This document shows positions 5,878 through 7,958 of a stretch of 7,958 nucleotides of DNA, piece by piece. Each line of letters begins with the position of its first letter. Positions within the stretch are counted from its first letter, which is position 1. The stretch is taken from the IMG/VR virus record IMGVR_UViG_2579778613_000007, positions 1-7,958 of that record. One strand, 5' to 3'. The notes below the pieces were generated by a model. The model saw only the letters and a list, made by a program, of their open reading frames with translations. It was not told the DNA's origin and did not search any database. The position numbers and the translations under genes are program-made. This DNA is from a virus (taxonomy: Duplodnaviria; Heunggongvirae; Uroviricota; Caudoviricetes).

Positions 5878-5890
5878 ATGGAGACAAGAA

Positions 5891-6235
5891 ATGTCAGATT
5901 TGGCTATGAAGATTTTGAAATGGCAATCGACTGGCGATGTCGGCATCAGTAGCGCAACTCTTGCCTCAATCGCATGTGGACTGAAAAAGAATATCTATGG
6001 TCATCACTTCGGCGCTCCACATGATGCAGCCGATTTCCGGCGATGCGTTGCACTTGTTGAGCAGATTCCAGAAATCAGAGATTCATTCGACAAGGTTGCA
6101 AAGCGCGTTCCGGCATTCAAAGGAATCCTCAACGAATGGGATTCACTCGTTGCTCTGTTGAAGTCTGAAATGAAGACGTACGGGAACAAAGCACCAGAGA
6201 CTTACAGAAGAATCAGCGAGCTACGCAAGGACTAA
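5891..6235 (+). CDS. Hypothetical protein (114 aa), moron-like gene flanked by terminators
   Basis: ATG at 5891 with GGAG 7 nt upstream. Product MSDLAMKILKWQSTGDVGISSATLASIACGLKKNIYGHHFGAPHDAADFRRCVALVEQIPEIRD... has no domain I recognise. Terminators lie on both sides. Confidence 0.6.
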   Translation: MSDLAMKILKWQSTGDVGISSATLASIACGLKKNIYGHHFGAPHDAADFRRCVALVEQIPEIRDSFDKVAKRVPAFKGILNEWDSLVALLKSEMKTYGNKAPETYRRISELRKD

Positions 6236-6292
6236 CCCGCCTCACACTCGATGAGGCATTTTCATTTATCAAGATATCCAGACCTACCATCG

Positions 6293-6313
6293 CCGCATCA
6301 ATGCGGTTTTTTT
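6293..6313 (+). terminator. Rho-independent terminator
   Basis: Stem CCGCA-tcaa-TGCGG followed by TTTTTTT, 58 nt after the stop of the 114-aa gene. Confidence 0.65.
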
Positions 6314-6358
6314 ATTGCCTGATTTGCAGGTTCGATTCCCTATTCGGAGATAGCACTC

Positions 6359-6559
6359 ATGCAACACGAACTACAACCTGATTCACTGGTTGATTTGAAA
6401 TTCATCATGGCCGATACTGGCTTCGGTAAAACCTTCATCTACGACCGGATTAAGTCCGGCGACCTGCCAAAAGCCAAAGTTATCCACGGACGAGCAAGAT
6501 GGTTATATCGTGACCATTGTGAGTTCAAAAATAAGCTCTTAAGTCGCGCCAATGGGTAA
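6359..6559 (+). CDS. AlpA/Xis-family excisionase-like DNA-binding protein
   Basis: 66-aa ORF MQHELQPDSLVDLKFIMADTGFGKTFIYDRIKSGDLPKAKVIHGRARWLYRDHCEF... Shows the AlpA-type winged-helix pattern (I..TG.GKT.IY..I..G..P...VI.GRA.W). GGAG 9 nt upstream of the ATG. Confidence 0.8.
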   Translation: MQHELQPDSLVDLKFIMADTGFGKTFIYDRIKSGDLPKAKVIHGRARWLYRDHCEFKNKLLSRANG

Positions 6560-6609
6560 AATAGCGGGTAAAATATTTTTCACATATAAAAAATACCATT
6601 CCAATCAAT

Positions 6610-6641
6610 CCCCTGCCGCTTCAAGTAGATGTCTGCAGGGG
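6610..6641. repeat. Inverted repeat CCCCTGC - 18 nt - GCAGGGG in the ORF-free tract
   Basis: Perfect 7 bp inverted repeat, preceded by an AT-rich stretch (6572-6598). Function unknown. Confidence 0.3.
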
Positions 6642-7035
6642 ACACCAGATACCCTTCAAACGAAATCTACCTTCACCCCGTAAAAGATGGGTTTGGCAGC
6701 ACACTTGCCTTATATCTACTCATTTTTACTGCAACAGGTTGAAATCTCAGCACTGTCAGAAAGCGCTGATGACTAAACAGCCCTGGGCCGGGCGATGTAA
6801 CCATCACACAGAATCCTGATAGCGAAATATGGCGTGACTCGATACTTCACTCCGCAATGCATTCCTTGATGAATTCGCAGGACCGTGATACACGGGACAG
6901 GTCACTGAATGACGACAATGTCCTGGAAATCAGCGAACCGCGCATCTGAAGTACATTTGAGCGACTGTACCAGAACATGAATGAGGCGTTTGGATTAGGC
7001 GATTATTAGCAGGGCTAAGCATTTTACTATTATTA

Positions 7036-7079
7036 TTTTCCGGTTGAGGGATATAGAGCTATCGACAACAACCGGAAAA
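7036..7079. repeat. Inverted repeat TTTTCCGGTTG - 22 nt - CAACCGGAAAA immediately 3' of the permease gene; possible bidirectional terminator or boundary hairpin
   Basis: Perfect 11 bp inverted repeat 10 nt downstream of the permease stop (7089-7091 on the minus strand). A/T tracts lie inside the stem rather than after it, so it is not a classical intrinsic terminator. Confidence 0.35.
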
Positions 7080-7088
7080 AGTTTACGT

Positions 7089-7958
7089 CTATATTGCTGA
7101 AGGTACAGGCGTTTCCATAACTATTTGCTCGCGTTTTTTACTCAAGAAGAAAATGCCAAATAGCAACATCAGGCAGACAATACCCGAAATTGCGAAGAAA
7201 ACTGTCTGGTAGCCTGCGTGGTCAAAGAGTATCCCAGTCGGCGTTGAAAGCAGCACAATCCCAAGCGAACTGGCAATTTGAAAACCAATCAGAAAGATCG
7301 TCGACGACAGGCGCTTATCAAAATTTGCCACGCTGTATTTGAAGACGGATATGACACAAAGTGGAACCTCAATAGCATGTAACAGCTTCACTAATGAAAT
7401 AATCCAGGGGTTAACGAACAGCGCGCAGGAAAGGATACGCAACGCCATAATCACAACACCGATAAGTAATGCATTTTTTGGCCCTACCCGATTCACAAAG
7501 AAAGGAATAATCGCCATGCATAGCGCTTCGAGTACCACCTGGAATGAGTTGAGATAACCATACAGGCGCGTTCCTACATCGTGTGATTCGAATAAACCTG
7601 CATAAAAGACAGGAAAAAGTTGTTGATCAAAAATGTTATAGAAAGACCACGTCCCCACAATAAATATGACGAAAACCCAGAAGTTTCGATCCTTGAAAAC
7701 TGCGATAAAATCCTCTTTTTTTACCCCTCCCGCATCCGCCGCTACGCACTGGTGATCCTTATCTTTAAAACACATGTTGATCATCATAAATACAGCGCCA
7801 AATAGCGAGACCAACCAGAAGTTGATATGGGGACTGATACTAAAAAATATGCCGGCAAAGAACGCGCCAATAGCATAGCCAAAAGATCCCCAGGCGCGCG
7901 CTGTTCCATATTCGAAATGAAAATTTCGCGCCATTTTTTCGGTGAAGCTGTCAAGCAA
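7089..7958 (-). CDS. LacY-family oligosaccharide:H+ symporter (MFS), possibly a CscB-like sucrose permease; partial, 5' end beyond the window end
   Basis: The 289-aa C-terminal portion aligns by eye with LacY: EKMARNFHFEYGTARAWG vs EKVSRRSNFEFGRARMFG, DQQLFPVFY vs DQQFANFF, PKNALLIGVVIMALRI vs GKNALLLAGTIMSVRI, LHAIEVP vs LHMFEVP (LacY H322/E325 region). Multiple hydrophobic TM segments. AT-rich codon usage unlike the phage part. Confidence 0.9.
   Translation of the reverse strand: MLDSFTEKMARNFHFEYGTARAWGSFGYAIGAFFAGIFFSISPHINFWLVSLFGAVFMMINMCFKDKDHQCVAADAGGVKKEDFIAVFKDRNFWVFVIFIVGTWSFYNIFDQQLFPVFYAGLFESHDVGTRLYGYLNSFQVVLEALCMAIIPFFVNRVGPKNALLIGVVIMALRILSCALFVNPWIISLVKLLHAIEVPLCVISVFKYSVANFDKRLSSTIFLIGFQIASSLGIVLLSTPTGILFDHAGYQTVFFAISGIVCLMLLFGIFFLSKKREQIVMETPVPSAI

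Noticed and set aside
6325-6345. Second copy of the 11-mer GGTTCGATTCC (plus strand, 6329-6339) just upstream of the excisionase-like gene; considered as a tRNA 3' fragment or att core, or as the partner of the 662-672 copy in an inversion
   Set aside because: The flanking 5-mers (GCAGG / CCCTA) cannot form a T-stem and no acceptor/CCA follows. An inversion between the two copies would separate pR' from the holin, contradicting the intact lambda-like pR'-to-holin continuity. Kept only as an unexplained coincidence.
7339-7805. Plus-strand ORFs 7339-7557 and 7620-7805
   Set aside because: Antisense to the LacY-family permease gene; spurious.
1-7958. CRISPR arrays, insertion sequences or transposase genes, rRNA or tRNA genes
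   Set aside because: No spaced direct-repeat array, no terminal inverted repeats flanking a transposase-like ORF, and no sequence folding into a cloverleaf were found by eye.

Overview
This window looks like a rearranged or defective lambda-related prophage segment abutting a host-like sugar permease gene; no tRNA, rRNA, CRISPR array or IS element is supported. Minus strand, 1-2295: the 5' part of a phage-21-type SAR endolysin, a small dual-start class-II holin, then a lambda-like late control region (tR' terminator, 6S-like leader RNA, pR'/qut) and the genes Q, ninH-like and rusA, joined by ATGA start/stop overlaps. At 2268-2295 the orientation flips. Plus strand, 2268-6559: a tightly packed operon of early-left-type accessory genes (HNH-like nuclease, DEDDh 3'-5' exonuclease, Ead/Ea22-like, zinc-ribbon, DUF551-like and ASCH-like proteins), tandem terminators, a terminator-flanked moron-like gene and an AlpA-type excisionase. 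No integrase follows; a ~530 bp ORF-free tract leads to the 3' part of a LacY-family sugar/H+ symporter on the minus strand. The immunity, N and replication modules expected between the nin region and the early-left genes are absent. I could not identify a known defence system; the best candidates for undescribed function are the HNH + exonuclease pair, the ASCH-like protein and the moron-like 114-aa gene. All homology statements are from reading translations and from recollection of lambda and phage 21, not from database searches.
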